32,000 nt of DNA from Wolbachia endosymbiont of Onchocerca ochengi. Its GTDB lineage: Bacteria > Pseudomonadota > Alphaproteobacteria > Rickettsiales > Anaplasmataceae. The DNA lies in the NCBI RefSeq assembly GCF_000306885.1, contig NC_018267.1, forward strand, positions 210,001-242,000, in the 5' to 3' direction. This document shows positions 10,324-20,330 of the stretch, one piece after another; positions within the stretch are counted from its first letter, which is position 1, and each line of letters starts with the position of its first letter. The translations under genes were made by a program, and so were the position numbers. The notes beneath the pieces are model-generated. The model did not search any database and had not been told where the DNA came from. It was given only the letters and a program-made list of their open reading frames with translations.

Positions 10324-10944
10324 TTACATCTGATGATCAAAAATATCCATATTTCCCCATCCCATCAGATCTAATCTAACACGAGTAGGAAGAAATTCAA
10401 AGCATTTTTGTGCCAATTCTTTTCTGTTTTCACGCTCCAGCATTGAATCTAGCTTTTCCTTTATTTTATGGAGATATAAAATATCAGACGCAGCATAATT
10501 TTTCTGCTTATCCGTTAAACTCTCACTTCCCCAATCAGAGGATTGTTGCTGTTTATTTAATTTGATATCAAGTAGCTCCAAGCATAACTCCTTTAAACTA
10601 TGATTATCTGTATAGGTGCGAACCAAACGTGAAGCTATTTTTGTGCAATAGCACGGCACTGCCCAAATTCCTAAATAGTAGCGTATTATGCTAACATCAA
10701 ACCGTGCAAAGTGAAATATTTTAGTTATATTTTCATCACCTAATATTTTTCTTAAATTTGGAGCTGTATAATTGTTCCTGAATTGAATTAAGTGAGCACT
10801 TCCATCATTAAAAGAGAGTTGCACAAGACATAATCTATCTCTGCCATGAAGCAGACCCATCGCCTCTGTATCAACGGCTATAGAACTTATGTTATCTGGC
10901 ATTAAGCTAGCCGGTAAGTCATCTTCATATACAAATATCCTCAT
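10324..10944 (-). CDS. rnd: 3'-5' exonuclease, short RNase D-like (DEDD family)
   Basis: 206-aa ORF. ExoI motif AVDTEAMGL, ExoII-like HFARFD, ExoIII YAASDILYLH. Its size matches the single-domain RNase D-like proteins of Rickettsiales. Confidence 0.85.
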   Translation of the reverse strand: MRIFVYEDDLPASLMPDNISSIAVDTEAMGLLHGRDRLCLVQLSFNDGSAHLIQFRNNYTAPNLRKILGDENITKIFHFARFDVSIIRYYLGIWAVPCYCTKIASRLVRTYTDNHSLKELCLELLDIKLNKQQQSSDWGSESLTDKQKNYAASDILYLHKIKEKLDSMLERENRKELAQKCFEFLPTRVRLDLMGWGNMDIFDHQM

Positions 10945-11092
10945 AAGGCTTTGTGGAATATTGAAAGACTAATAATAATTAAAAGTAAGTTTTAGTACAC
11001 AAATATATAATAATATAGTCCTTTAAATTTCAAGCATATATTGGGATTTACAAATTGTTGTATATACCTATAATTTAAGAATTAGGTTAACT

Positions 11093-11165
11093 GCGGAAGT
11101 AGTTCAGTTGGTAGAACGCAACCTTGCCAAGGTTGAGGTCGAGGGTTCGAACCCCTTCTCCCGCT
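11093..11165 (+). tRNA. tRNA-Gly (anticodon GCC)
   Basis: GCGGAAG-TA-GTTC-AGTTGGTA-GAAC-G-CAACC-TTGCCAA-GGTTG-AGGTC-GAGGG-TTCGAAC-CCCTT-CTCCCGC-T. All arms pair except a single A5:C68 mismatch in the acceptor stem. Confidence 0.85.
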
Positions 11166-11496
11166 CTTCACTTCCAAAGTCACCCAATCAAAAATTCTTC
11201 CGTTTCCCTTACTATAACACTAAAGTTATTTATTTATTCTTGTAATTTGCATAAACTAATAACAAAAAAACTTAAAGTATTTAATACCTCACACTCAAAT
11301 TTTGCACTATGTGCAACTTCACATCTTTATAAAATTTCTAAGTTTTGCTTGCAAAAGTTGAAACACACCTATAAGATACTTTATAATAGTAAATTTTTAA
11401 ATATTTATAGCTAAAATAACTTAAGTTATCAACAACCATCATTCCACTATATGTTAATCTTTAAAAAACACCACTAATAGACTACAGTATAGACTT

Positions 11497-11835
11497 TCAG
11501 TTAATAACAGCCAAGGTTCTTTCTGAAATGTCAATCTCTTTCATATCTAAAACTTTATCATCTTGGTCGAATGAAATCTGCAGGGATTTACTGCTATACT
11601 TTCTTTTTCCTAAGAAATTAGATTGTTTTATTTTATATGAAATGTAATACCAAATATTTTCATCAAATTGAGATATTAATGTTGGTGATCCCAAAGTGTG
11701 AACCACTTTTTCTTTGTCATCACCTATTTTTATCTTGTTCCACAACTCAACACTAATATCTGAAGTTCCGTGATTGTAAATAGTGTTCGTACAGTTTACT
11801 AAAAATAATAGAACCAAGTATATCAATACTCGCAT
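11497..11835 (-). CDS. bamE: Outer-membrane lipoprotein BamE (SmpA/OmlA family)
   Basis: The ORF track gives 11497..11892. The likely start is MRVLIYLVLLFLVNC (ATG at 11835), giving a signal peptide plus lipobox L-V-N-C. The mature part (KIKIGDDKEKVVHTLGSPTLISQFDENIWYYISY) fits the SmpA/OmlA pattern. The assignment rests on pattern and size only. Confidence 0.65.
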   Translation of the reverse strand: MRVLIYLVLLFLVNCTNTIYNHGTSDISVELWNKIKIGDDKEKVVHTLGSPTLISQFDENIWYYISYKIKQSNFLGKRKYSSKSLQISFDQDDKVLDMKEIDISERTLAVIN

Positions 11836-11970
11836 TTCTCTGAGATAAATCACTGTGAAATTACAATACACTAACAAATTACCTATAGTCAAATTTTATA
11901 AAAGTTAAATTGACTGATTTTTGGTATCGCTTAATATAATATTAACTTTAGAAAATAATTAGGGTACTCT

Positions 11971-12939
11971 ATGTCATTGTTAGAATCAGATCCAATATAT
12001 AAACCTTTTAATTACCCTTGGGCATATGATGCGTGGCTACAGCAACAAAGGATACATTGGATACCTGAAGAAGTTTCACTCGCTGACGATGTGAATGATT
12101 GGAAAACTAAACTTTCGGGTACGGAAAAAAACCTCCTAACTCAGATTTTTAGGTTCTTCACCCAAGCAGATATTGAGGTGAACAATTGTTACATGAGACA
12201 TTACACAAATATATTTAAACCAACAGAAATATGCATGATGCTTGCAAGCTTCTCCAATATGGAGACCATACACATTGCAGCCTATTCATACCTTTTAGAT
12301 ACAATTGGTATGCCAGAAAGTGAATATCAAGCATTTTTAAAATATGATGCTACGAGAAAGAAGTATGAGTACATGCTAGAGTTTGAGGAGAGTAAAAAAC
12401 ACGATAAGAAACATGTAGCTAAAACTCTAGCAGTGTTTGGTGCGTTTACTGAAGGATTGCAGTTATTTGCATCATTTGCAATTTTACTTAATTTTCAACG
12501 CTTTGGAAAAATGAAAGGCATGGGACAAATAATTGCCTGGTCAGCACGTGATGAAACTTTACACACTAATTCAATTATTAATTTATTCAACACTTTTATT
12601 AAAGAAAATAATGAAATTTGGAATGAGGAGTTCAAAGAGGAACTGTATTCTGCATGTCGCACTATTGTTAGACTTGAAGATGAATTTATAAAACTCGCTT
12701 TTGATTTAGGAGACGTTGAAGGATTATCTGCAGAGGAAGTACGCAGTTATATACGCTACATAGCAAACAGACGGTTAATACAATTAGATTTGAAACCCAT
12801 GTATAATATTAATAATAATCCTCTTCCATGGCTTGATGAAATACTAAATGGTGTAGAACATACAAACTTCTTTGAAAATAGAGTAACAGAATATAGCCGT
12901 GCAGCAACTCAAGGTACATGGGAAGAGGCTTTTAGCTAA
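11971..12939 (+). CDS. nrdB: Ribonucleoside-diphosphate reductase, beta subunit (class Ia R2)
   Basis: 322-aa ORF. Di-iron ligand motifs are present (ADIEV...E..H in FSNMETIHIAAYSY; FTEGLQLFASF; ARDETLHT), followed by a C-terminal R1-binding tail. Confidence 0.93.
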   Translation: MSLLESDPIYKPFNYPWAYDAWLQQQRIHWIPEEVSLADDVNDWKTKLSGTEKNLLTQIFRFFTQADIEVNNCYMRHYTNIFKPTEICMMLASFSNMETIHIAAYSYLLDTIGMPESEYQAFLKYDATRKKYEYMLEFEESKKHDKKHVAKTLAVFGAFTEGLQLFASFAILLNFQRFGKMKGMGQIIAWSARDETLHTNSIINLFNTFIKENNEIWNEEFKEELYSACRTIVRLEDEFIKLAFDLGDVEGLSAEEVRSYIRYIANRRLIQLDLKPMYNINNNPLPWLDEILNGVEHTNFFENRVTEYSRAATQGTWEEAFS

Positions 12940-13070
12940 AAGCGATACTAACAATAAAAAACTAATTAGCCTCTTTGCATTTTATTTGCTGTTATTTAAG
13001 TAACCTTAAACTTGTATTTAAGATCGATGAAGTATCACCACTAAAAAAATAACTAGTCTCATAGAATAAA

Positions 13071-13104
13071 GTGATTTATATGCTGTTCATAACATATAAA
13101 TCAC
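13071..13104. repeat. Perfect 12-bp-stem hairpin (GTGATTTATATG / CATATAAATCAC, 10-nt loop) in the nrdB-secA convergent spacer
   Basis: The arms are exact reverse complements at 13071-13082 and 13093-13104. The stem is AT-rich and no clean U-tract follows on the + strand. On the - strand it is followed by TTTATT. Terminator function is unproven. Confidence 0.25.
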
Positions 13105-13718
13105 TTACATAAACTTTAGAATACAAGATAAATCTTTAAAAAACCGTAACCATAAAAAGAAGAGAGTATTTGCTTAAATTATTCAACAATAGTAAAAATA
13201 TTAGCAATAATTAGAAGTCACACTAAGCATTTCAATAGGTCTTATACCAAGTACTTTAACTAGACCTCCACCCCTGATAACAAGCATAATTGTCAGCTAC
13301 ATTTCTGTAGTACCATTAACTGCAGTTCTCATCACAACTTCCTTCCTGCAGATTCACATTAATCATAATATAAGCGACCGTTAAAAGTAATTGCAAATTA
13401 TATACTTAAGTTGATTATTTATTGTAAGCATCGCAACTGGGCCGTCCTTGTTGCATATGTTGTTATTCCAATAACTAAATTATTAGATTCTCTACCGCAT
13501 CTGTATACCACAGCATATTATTTCCAATTGTAGCTACAACTGTAGCAGGTATTACAATTAAGACCATTAAAAGAAATGAAAAAAATATATCTAATAAAAC
13601 GATAAAACCACTAAAAGAAGAGAATTCAAGCCTTCTTTACAAGTAAAATCAGAGCGCTTACTAGATACGGCAAGTTAAATAAAGTTAGCTAATATAAAAG
13701 GCAAGCAGATCATAGCTG

Positions 13719-16370
13719 CTAATTTATCAAAGTAATCGCGCCATGGCAGTGCTTATATTTTTTGCCCGAGTTACAAGGACATTTATCGTTTCTTGAGACT
13801 TTTGGCAAATTGCTTCTTTTAATAAAATGTAACCTCTTACTCACTTCTTGGTTATCTGCTAACTTGAAGTAAGCTAGACGATGAACAGTGATCTCCTTCC
13901 ATTTTTCAAGCATCGACTCAAACATCAAAAAAGCTTCACGTTTAAATTCATTCAGTGGATCTTTCTGCCCCATGGCACGTAAATTTATGCTTTGTCTTAA
14001 CCTCTCTAAAATTGAAAGGTGTTCCCTCCATAAATGATCAAGTGTCATGACCATCACTTGCTTCACTACCTTGTTCCATAAATCTGTAGCGTGTTGACTA
14101 TTGAAATACTCTTCTTTCTCAGCAAAAAACTTCTGTATCTCATCATTTACATAATCCAATGCTTCTTGTTTATTCAAAAATTCTGCTAATACTTCTTTAT
14201 TAAGTGTTATTCCATACCTTGTATAGAACTCTTTAACAAGATCTTCAACATAATCCTCATAATAACCACTTTGCACCACACCTTCTATTATCGCCTTATT
14301 TACTTCACTATATACTTCAAATAAACCATTGATTTCATTCCCTAAGATGTGATTTCTCTGCTCAAAAATAACTTTACGTTGATTATTAATCACGTCATCA
14401 AATTTAAGCAGAGATTTTCGCACATCATAGTTTCGAGCTTCAACTTTTTTCTGTGCCTTCTCAAGCGCCTTATTAAGCCATGGATGATGAATAGCTTCAT
14501 TATCCTTTAGCCCTACCCTTTGTAAAAAGTTTCTCATTCTATCAGAGCCAAATATTCTCATTAAATCATCTTCAAGTGATAAAAAGAACTTAGAAAGTCC
14601 AGGATCACCTTGACGACCAGAACGACCACGTAATTGATCATCTATTCTCCTACTTTCATGTCTCTCAGTTCCAATAACACATAAACCACCAGCTTTTATA
14701 GCAATTTCCCTATCTCTTTTTACTCTTTCAACTATTTCTTGATATTTTTTTTCTCTTTCATCAGTATTTTTTATCTTCTTCAGCTCCACTTTTGCTATCA
14801 TTTCAGCATTTCTGCCAAGCTGAATATCAGTTCCACGTCCTGCCATATTAGTTGCTATAGTAATACTACCTGGTGCTCCAGCTTGTGCTATTATGTACGC
14901 CTCTTGTTCATGATAACGAGCGTTCAGCACTGAATGCTTAAGAGAGTGGCTTCGCAAAAGCGCAGAAAGCTTCTCAGAATTCTCAATACTCACTGTGCCA
15001 ACAAGGATTGGTTGAAGACGTTTGTGGCATTCTTCTACAAATTTTAATACAGCATTAAACTTTTCTTTTTCTGTACCATAAATTTCATCATCAATATCTA
15101 TTCTCTTTACAGGCACATTAGTTGGAATTTTCACTACATTTAGCTTATATATATCACGGAACTCTTCTGCTTCTGTTGCTGCTGTTCCAGTCATACCAGA
15201 GAGCTTATTATACATACGAAAATAATTCTGAAATGTGACTGATGCTAAAGTTTGGTTCTCATGTTGAATCTCAAGATTCTCCTTCGCTTCAAGTGCCTGG
15301 TGAAGACCATCAGAATATCTTCTACTTTCTATGATGCGTCCAGTAAACTCATCGACAATTACTACCTTGCCGTCCTTTATTATATAATCTTTATCAACAG
15401 TAAACAGCTTATGCGCACGTAATGCTTGATCTACATAATGAGTCATTACCATATTGTTGGTATCATACAACGAAGAATCCTCAGAAATGAGATTATATGA
15501 CCTAAGTAGCTCTTCCACACGTGAAATACCATCTTCAGTAAGGAACACCGCCCTACCCTTCTTATCTACCTCATAATCAGAATCAATTAATTTAATAACT
15601 ATTTTATTTATGAGTTTATATATCTGATTATTTTCCTCAATTGGACCAGAAATAATAAGCGGAGTCCGCGCTTCATCAATCAATATGGAATCTACTTCAT
15701 CTACTATCGCATAATTGAAACCTCTCTGAACCATATCTTCTTGAGAAAATTTCATATTATCTCGAAGGTAATCAAAAGCAAGTTCATTGTTTGTTGAATA
15801 TACAATATCTGCACTATAAGCTTCTTTCCTCTCTGCATCTGTCAAATCATTTGTAATAAACGCAACAGAAACCCCAAGAGAATTATATAATTTTCTCATC
15901 CATTCTGCATCACGTTTTGCAAGGTAGTCGTTAACAGTTACAACATGTACACCTTTTCCCTCTAAAGAATTAAGGTATGCAGCTAAAGTTGCAACAAGCG
16001 TCTTTCCCTCTCCTGTTTTCATTTCTGATATCATGCCATTATGAAGGACCATTCCACCAATTAGCTGAACATCAAAGTGTCTCATGTTAAGAAACCTACG
16101 AGAGGCTTCACGTACAACTGCAAAAGCAGGTATGAGAAGGCTATTTAATGTTTTCCCATTCTTTAATTCCTGTTTAAACTCCTCAGTTTTACTAGCAAGC
16201 TCCTCATCAGATAGGCTCTGCATTTTCGGCTCTAATGCATTTATTTGTTGAACAATTTTTCCAAAAGACTTTATTATCCTCCTATTTGTCATTCCCTTTA
16301 CAAAAAGGAGCAACAATATAAAAGTGAAAAACATAAGAATAGCTGTTAAAATTACAGCAAAATCTGACAT
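13719..16370 (-). CDS. secA: Preprotein translocase ATPase SecA
   Basis: 883-aa maximal ORF. Walker [13 protein letters not shown]-like [19 protein letters not shown], and the C-terminal zinc motif [14 protein letters not shown]. The start is ambiguous: ATGs at 16370, 16334 and 16292. The conserved SecA N-terminus only begins around ...[20 protein letters not shown]. Confidence 0.95.
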   Translation of the reverse strand: MSDFAVILTAILMFFTFILLLLFVKGMTNRRIIKSFGKIVQQINALEPKMQSLSDEELASKTEEFKQELKNGKTLNSLLIPAFAVVREASRRFLNMRHFDVQLIGGMVLHNGMISEMKTGEGKTLVATLAAYLNSLEGKGVHVVTVNDYLAKRDAEWMRKLYNSLGVSVAFITNDLTDAERKEAYSADIVYSTNNELAFDYLRDNMKFSQEDMVQRGFNYAIVDEVDSILIDEARTPLIISGPIEENNQIYKLINKIVIKLIDSDYEVDKKGRAVFLTEDGISRVEELLRSYNLISEDSSLYDTNNMVMTHYVDQALRAHKLFTVDKDYIIKDGKVVIVDEFTGRIIESRRYSDGLHQALEAKENLEIQHENQTLASVTFQNYFRMYNKLSGMTGTAATEAEEFRDIYKLNVVKIPTNVPVKRIDIDDEIYGTEKEKFNAVLKFVEECHKRLQPILVGTVSIENSEKLSALLRSHSLKHSVLNARYHEQEAYIIAQAGAPGSITIATNMAGRGTDIQLGRNAEMIAKVELKKIKNTDEREKKYQEIVERVKRDREIAIKAGGLCVIGTERHESRRIDDQLRGRSGRQGDPGLSKFFLSLEDDLMRIFGSDRMRNFLQRVGLKDNEAIHHPWLNKALEKAQKKVEARNYDVRKSLLKFDDVINNQRKVIFEQRNHILGNEINGLFEVYSEVNKAIIEGVVQSGYYEDYVEDLVKEFYTRYGITLNKEVLAEFLNKQEALDYVNDEIQKFFAEKEEYFNSQHATDLWNKVVKQVMVMTLDHLWREHLSILERLRQSINLRAMGQKDPLNEFKREAFLMFESMLEKWKEITVHRLAYFKLADNQEVSKRLHFIKRSNLPKVSRNDKCPCNSGKKYKHCHGAITLIN

Positions 16371-16764
16371 AAACTTAATTAACGCCCATTAAATATGAGA
16401 TTATATTACCAAACACAACCTACAGCAATGACATATTCGATTTAGAGAATCTTTACTTACATATTAAGGCAGTGAATAAAATAACTTACTGATCCTTTGC
16501 TTGGAAAGCTTTTCATCAATATATAAAGAATATGTTACATTATTTTAGATATTTAATAATCTTTAATTTTTATATAAAATGAAGTTTTTAGTAGAATGTA
16601 AATAGAAAATGAACAGTTTTAAAAAACTTAACAATTCTATATTTAAAGAAGAGAATCAGCTGACCAACAGATAATTAAGGTCATAAACTTTAAGTAAAAT
16701 TATTAATACTATATCTACCCCTCATAAACTAAGCAGTAAAATTGATTTTTGGTTAGCATTAACC

Positions 16765-19160
16765 ATGAAAGGCTTTGAAGTTTTTGATGATTATTTCTTT
16801 TGAAGATAAAAAGACAAGAAAACAAATCAAAAACTATCTCAGTTTAAGCTAAGTACTACAATACACGTTGTGCCTCAAAAATACTATACTTTTAAAGATT
16901 TGTTTATTAATGGAAATAATAGAAAGCTACAAAAAAAGAAGATTTTAGGTTACACAAATACTTTTTGGATCCTACCTTTAAAATCAAGCAAAACCTAAAT
17001 GCAAGAACAGGGGTACTATACTCGTCATTTATACTAATGTCAATGTGAATTTTTAAAAAGGCACAGAAAAGCAAAGTAGTATAGTGATACTATAGAAGCA
17101 TCCTGGAAGAGTTAAAGTTAATAAATGAACATTTAAAATATTTATGAAGATCAAAAAGAAACATGCTATAAGATAAAAAATCATACTGAGCTAAAAATAC
17201 TTCAGTTGTAGTAGTGATGGTGAAATAGAAAATTCTCTTACTTAGATTAAGGTTTGTAGTTAATCAACCTAATCACTCAAAATTAGATATTATTATTCAA
17301 GAAGAAGCATGAAACACAGACAAAATATCAAATAAAACAAGACATTGACACAGTTTTTGATTTTGCGCGCGAGAAAGTAGAGAGTAATGGGAAGAATGTA
17401 AGAGGCAAAGTTTTCTTACTTAACGAGAAAAGATGATTATTTTAAGAAAATTATAAACTATTTTCATAGTCTCAAATCTAAAGAAAATCTAGATGAATTT
17501 TAGCAAACCTTTATCTGAAACTAGAATTTTATTGATAGAAAAATACTACTAGATAAAATAGAAAAATACCTGGATGCTGCTGATACAGCAACATTAGTTA
17601 TTCTCACAGATTAAGCAGAAACCGGATAAAACACAATTAGCATTAGAATCTTGTTTAGAGTAAATTCTAAGAATATAAAGGAATAATTTGACTTGATACA
17701 AAAGATAGAAATAAATGCATTATTCAATGAGTACATCAAATTAGGGTGTAAACCAAGCATTATTTATGGTTATGAAGAAAACGTCTTTGAAGAAGATCAT
17801 GTTAAGTGTGTTAAAAGTTAGCTAGAATAGCCTCAATGTACCAGTGGTTACTGACATGCTATAATTTTCCCCTAATTACAAAAATACAGTAGGCTTACTT
17901 CCTACAAAAAAGACATTATTAACTTCCCGTTATAAATTTAGCTGGACAAACCCATAGAACACTAATTCTAGTGATGCTTTTAAACCTTAAGAGTCAAGTA
18001 GCCATATTCTTTAAATACTAGAAATAAAAGGAGAAAGACTAGACACAATTCAAGTAGATGCATTAGCAAAGATATTAAGTTATTACCTTTAACTTTAGCC
18101 TAAGCAAATGCCCACAAAGAAAACGCATATAAATATTTCAGACTATTTGAAAATTATAATGATAGAAAACAAACTTTATCGTCTGATAAAACATCGTTTA
18201 AAACATTCCATTCAGGTCTAATAGAGAGAATGCGGTAATAGTGTATAAAAAGCATACAGTAGAAAACAACAAAAAAAGATCCTTATATTTACTGATAGTC
18301 AACTGATTTACTGCTCGTACTTATTTAAGTAACAACTCTATCTCTCAGGTTTGACTAAAAATCTCCACTGATAATCAAAAAAATAACTCTTCTTCAGAAA
18401 CTTTCTATAAAGAATAAGGAATACTAATAAGCTATTCTATATTAACTATCAAAAAAGATTATAGCATGTTTAGTACGCATACTTAGTTCAGAAGATAACA
18501 AGACTAAAGTCAGAGAAGCGGAAAAACAAAAAAGAAACAAAAACTGTCTTTCAAAAAAAAGTTTCCCTTATATCCCTTATAATAGGGATAAATTGAAGAT
18601 TGTGCTAAGAAATAACAACTATTATCATCATGTTTAGATGTATTCCTATTTAAATATAGATAATTAACCAAAAGACAATTTTCTAGAAAAGAAAAAAGAG
18701 AGAAGAATTATCTTAAAAATTTACTAACATGAATTGATGATAGATACTCTGATTTAAGCAATCCTAAAAAGCAAAAGGAGTTGCTTGAATTAGCTCCTTA
18801 GTAGATGATGAGAAACATTACGATCTTGATCATTTCTAAATTGCTATTACACTGAAAAGCCTTGATATATATATATATATATATATTAATTAGGGTTTTT
18901 AAGTAACCATCAGAAAGCAAAAACGTCATTTAAACAGGCCTTGACAATTAAAGAAAAACACTATGAACCTCAATCATTTTGAAGTTGCTAAGTTACTCGC
19001 AAATTTCAGTACCGTTTACGGTGCTCTGGATAATTTTCAAAAACCAAAAGAATTGTTCAAACAGTCCTTACCTATTCTTAAAAAGATCATATACCTGATA
19101 GCCCAAAAGTTGTTAAATTATTGGTGAACTAGACGATATTTAGGTTTTTAGCAACATTGA
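16765..19160 (+). pseudogene. Decayed STAND NTPase: unknown N-terminal region + NB-ARC ATPase + 42-residue (KLC-type, TPR_10/12-like) TPR array
   Basis: The motifs are readable in correct order and spacing despite dozens of stops and frameshifts.
- Pre-P-loop and Walker A: NFIDRKILLDKIEKYL...LVILTD*AETG*NT (17525-17635).
- Walker B: WLLTCYNFP (17845-17871).
- RNBS-B: GLLPTKKTLLTSRYKFSW (17892-17945).
- GLPL: ALAKILSY/LPLTLA*ANAH (18060-18115).
- At least 4 repeats of ~126 nt, for example NHFEVAKLLANFSTVYGALDNFQKPKELFKQSLPILKK (18972-19085).
The outer boundaries are approximate. Confidence 0.7.
18865..18886. repeat. (AT)11 dinucleotide microsatellite
   Basis: 22 nt of uninterrupted ATAT... 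sit inside one TPR unit of the STAND pseudogene. Confidence 0.95.
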
Positions 19161-19181
19161 ATCAATAATAACTTACTTGAA

Positions 19182-20330
19182 TCACACTCCCAAAATTAAT
19201 CTGTTTGGATCTTCTATATAATTTTTTATTTTAACAAGGAAAGTTACTGCTCCTTTGCCATCAACTATTTTGTGATCGTAAGAAAGGGCAATGTACATTA
19301 TAGGCCTAATTTCAATTGAGTTACCCACAACAACTGGCCTGTTTTGTATTGAATGCATCCCAAGTATACCAGACTGTGGAGGATTTATTATCGGAGTAGA
19401 AAAAAGTGAACCATATATCCCACCGTTTGAAATGGTAAATGTTGCACCTTCCATTTCTGACACCTGTAACTTACCTTCGCGGGCTCTTTTACCAAGGGCA
19501 GCTAAAGTTAACTCAATTTCCGCAAATGATATCTGATCAGCACTCCGAATAACTGGCACAACAAGACCCTTATCAGTGCCAACAGCAACACCTATGTCAT
19601 AATAATGTTTATATATAATTTCATCGCCTAAAATTTCAGCGTTAATTTCAGGAATTTCTTTCAGAGCTTGCACCGCAGCCTTTATAAAAAAGGACATGAA
19701 ACCAAGCTTTATTCCATATTTCTTTTCGAAAATTTCTTTATATTTTGCTCTTAGATTCATTACGCTTTGCATGTCAATCTCATTAAATGTAGTCAGTGTT
19801 GCAGCAGTGTTTTGTGAAGCCTTCAAACGAGCAGCAATTACTTGCCTTATCTTACTCATTTTTATTCGCTTTTCTCTTCTCTCTCCACTCATTACACTTT
19901 CTGGCAGTTTATATATTGCAGGCTGTTCAGTTTTGCTTATATGGGCTACATCTGCTTTCGTTATTCTGCCTCCCATCCCAGTTCCTTTGACACTTTTTGC
20001 ACTGATTGCATTCTCTTCCATAATTTTACGAGCTGATGGAGCGTCTCTTATAACAGGGATTTCACTTTTATCTTCTTGCACCTCCCTTATAGAAAGCCTT
20101 GCTAATAATTGACCTGGACTTATTATATCATTTTCTTTTACAAGAAATTCAGTTATTTCCCCTGAAGCTTCTGCAGTTAATTCAAGTGCTGCTTTGTCAG
20201 TTTCAACTTCAAAGATTAAGTCATCTACTTTTACTGCTTCACCAATATTTCTTTTTATTTTGACTATACCTTCCGTAACTGATTCACCACCAAGAATCTC
20301 TGGCGCCCTGATTTCTATAATTTTACCCAT
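19182..20330 (-). CDS. sucB: Dihydrolipoamide succinyltransferase (E2 of 2-oxoglutarate dehydrogenase)
   Basis: Lipoyl domain (EVETDKAALEL), peripheral-subunit-binding domain (PSARKIMEEN...GTGMGGRITKADV), and catalytic domain with SYDHKIVDG. The ORF track starts at 20345. I prefer the ATG at 20330 (MGKIIEIRAP...) because GGAAGG lies 7 nt upstream. Confidence 0.92.
   Translation of the reverse strand: MGKIIEIRAPEILGGESVTEGIVKIKRNIGEAVKVDDLIFEVETDKAALELTAEASGEITEFLVKENDIISPGQLLARLSIREVQEDKSEIPVIRDAPSARKIMEENAISAKSVKGTGMGGRITKADVAHISKTEQPAIYKLPESVMSGERREKRIKMSKIRQVIAARLKASQNTAATLTTFNEIDMQSVMNLRAKYKEIFEKKYGIKLGFMSFFIKAAVQALKEIPEINAEILGDEIIYKHYYDIGVAVGTDKGLVVPVIRSADQISFAEIELTLAALGKRAREGKLQVSEMEGATFTISNGGIYGSLFSTPIINPPQSGILGMHSIQNRPVVVGNSIEIRPIMYIALSYDHKIVDGKGAVTFLVKIKNYIEDPNRLILGV

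Noticed and set aside
11124-11414. 96-aa + strand ORF.
   Set aside because: It starts inside the tRNA-Gly(GCC) gene (11093-11165) and runs through AT-rich spacer. I found no motif, and the composition is implausible for a protein.
17200-17260. First candidate P-loop for the STAND relic (VVVVMVK*KILLLRLRF).
   Set aside because: It lies ~640 nt (about 213 codons) upstream of the Walker B relic, which is far too distant for an NB-ARC domain. The better Walker A relic at 17606-17635 has the expected ~77-codon spacing. The earlier match is probably chance or part of the unknown N-terminal domain.
19975-19994. ATCCCAGTTCCTTTGACACT inside sucB resembles the palindromic element. It shares the ATCCCAGT and TTGACACT 8-mers with the copy at 30211-30235.
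   Set aside because: On the coding strand it encodes SVKGTGMGGR. This is the universally conserved GTG.GGRI motif of the E2 peripheral-subunit-binding domain. There is no complementary second arm. I treat it as a coincidental match driven by conserved codons.
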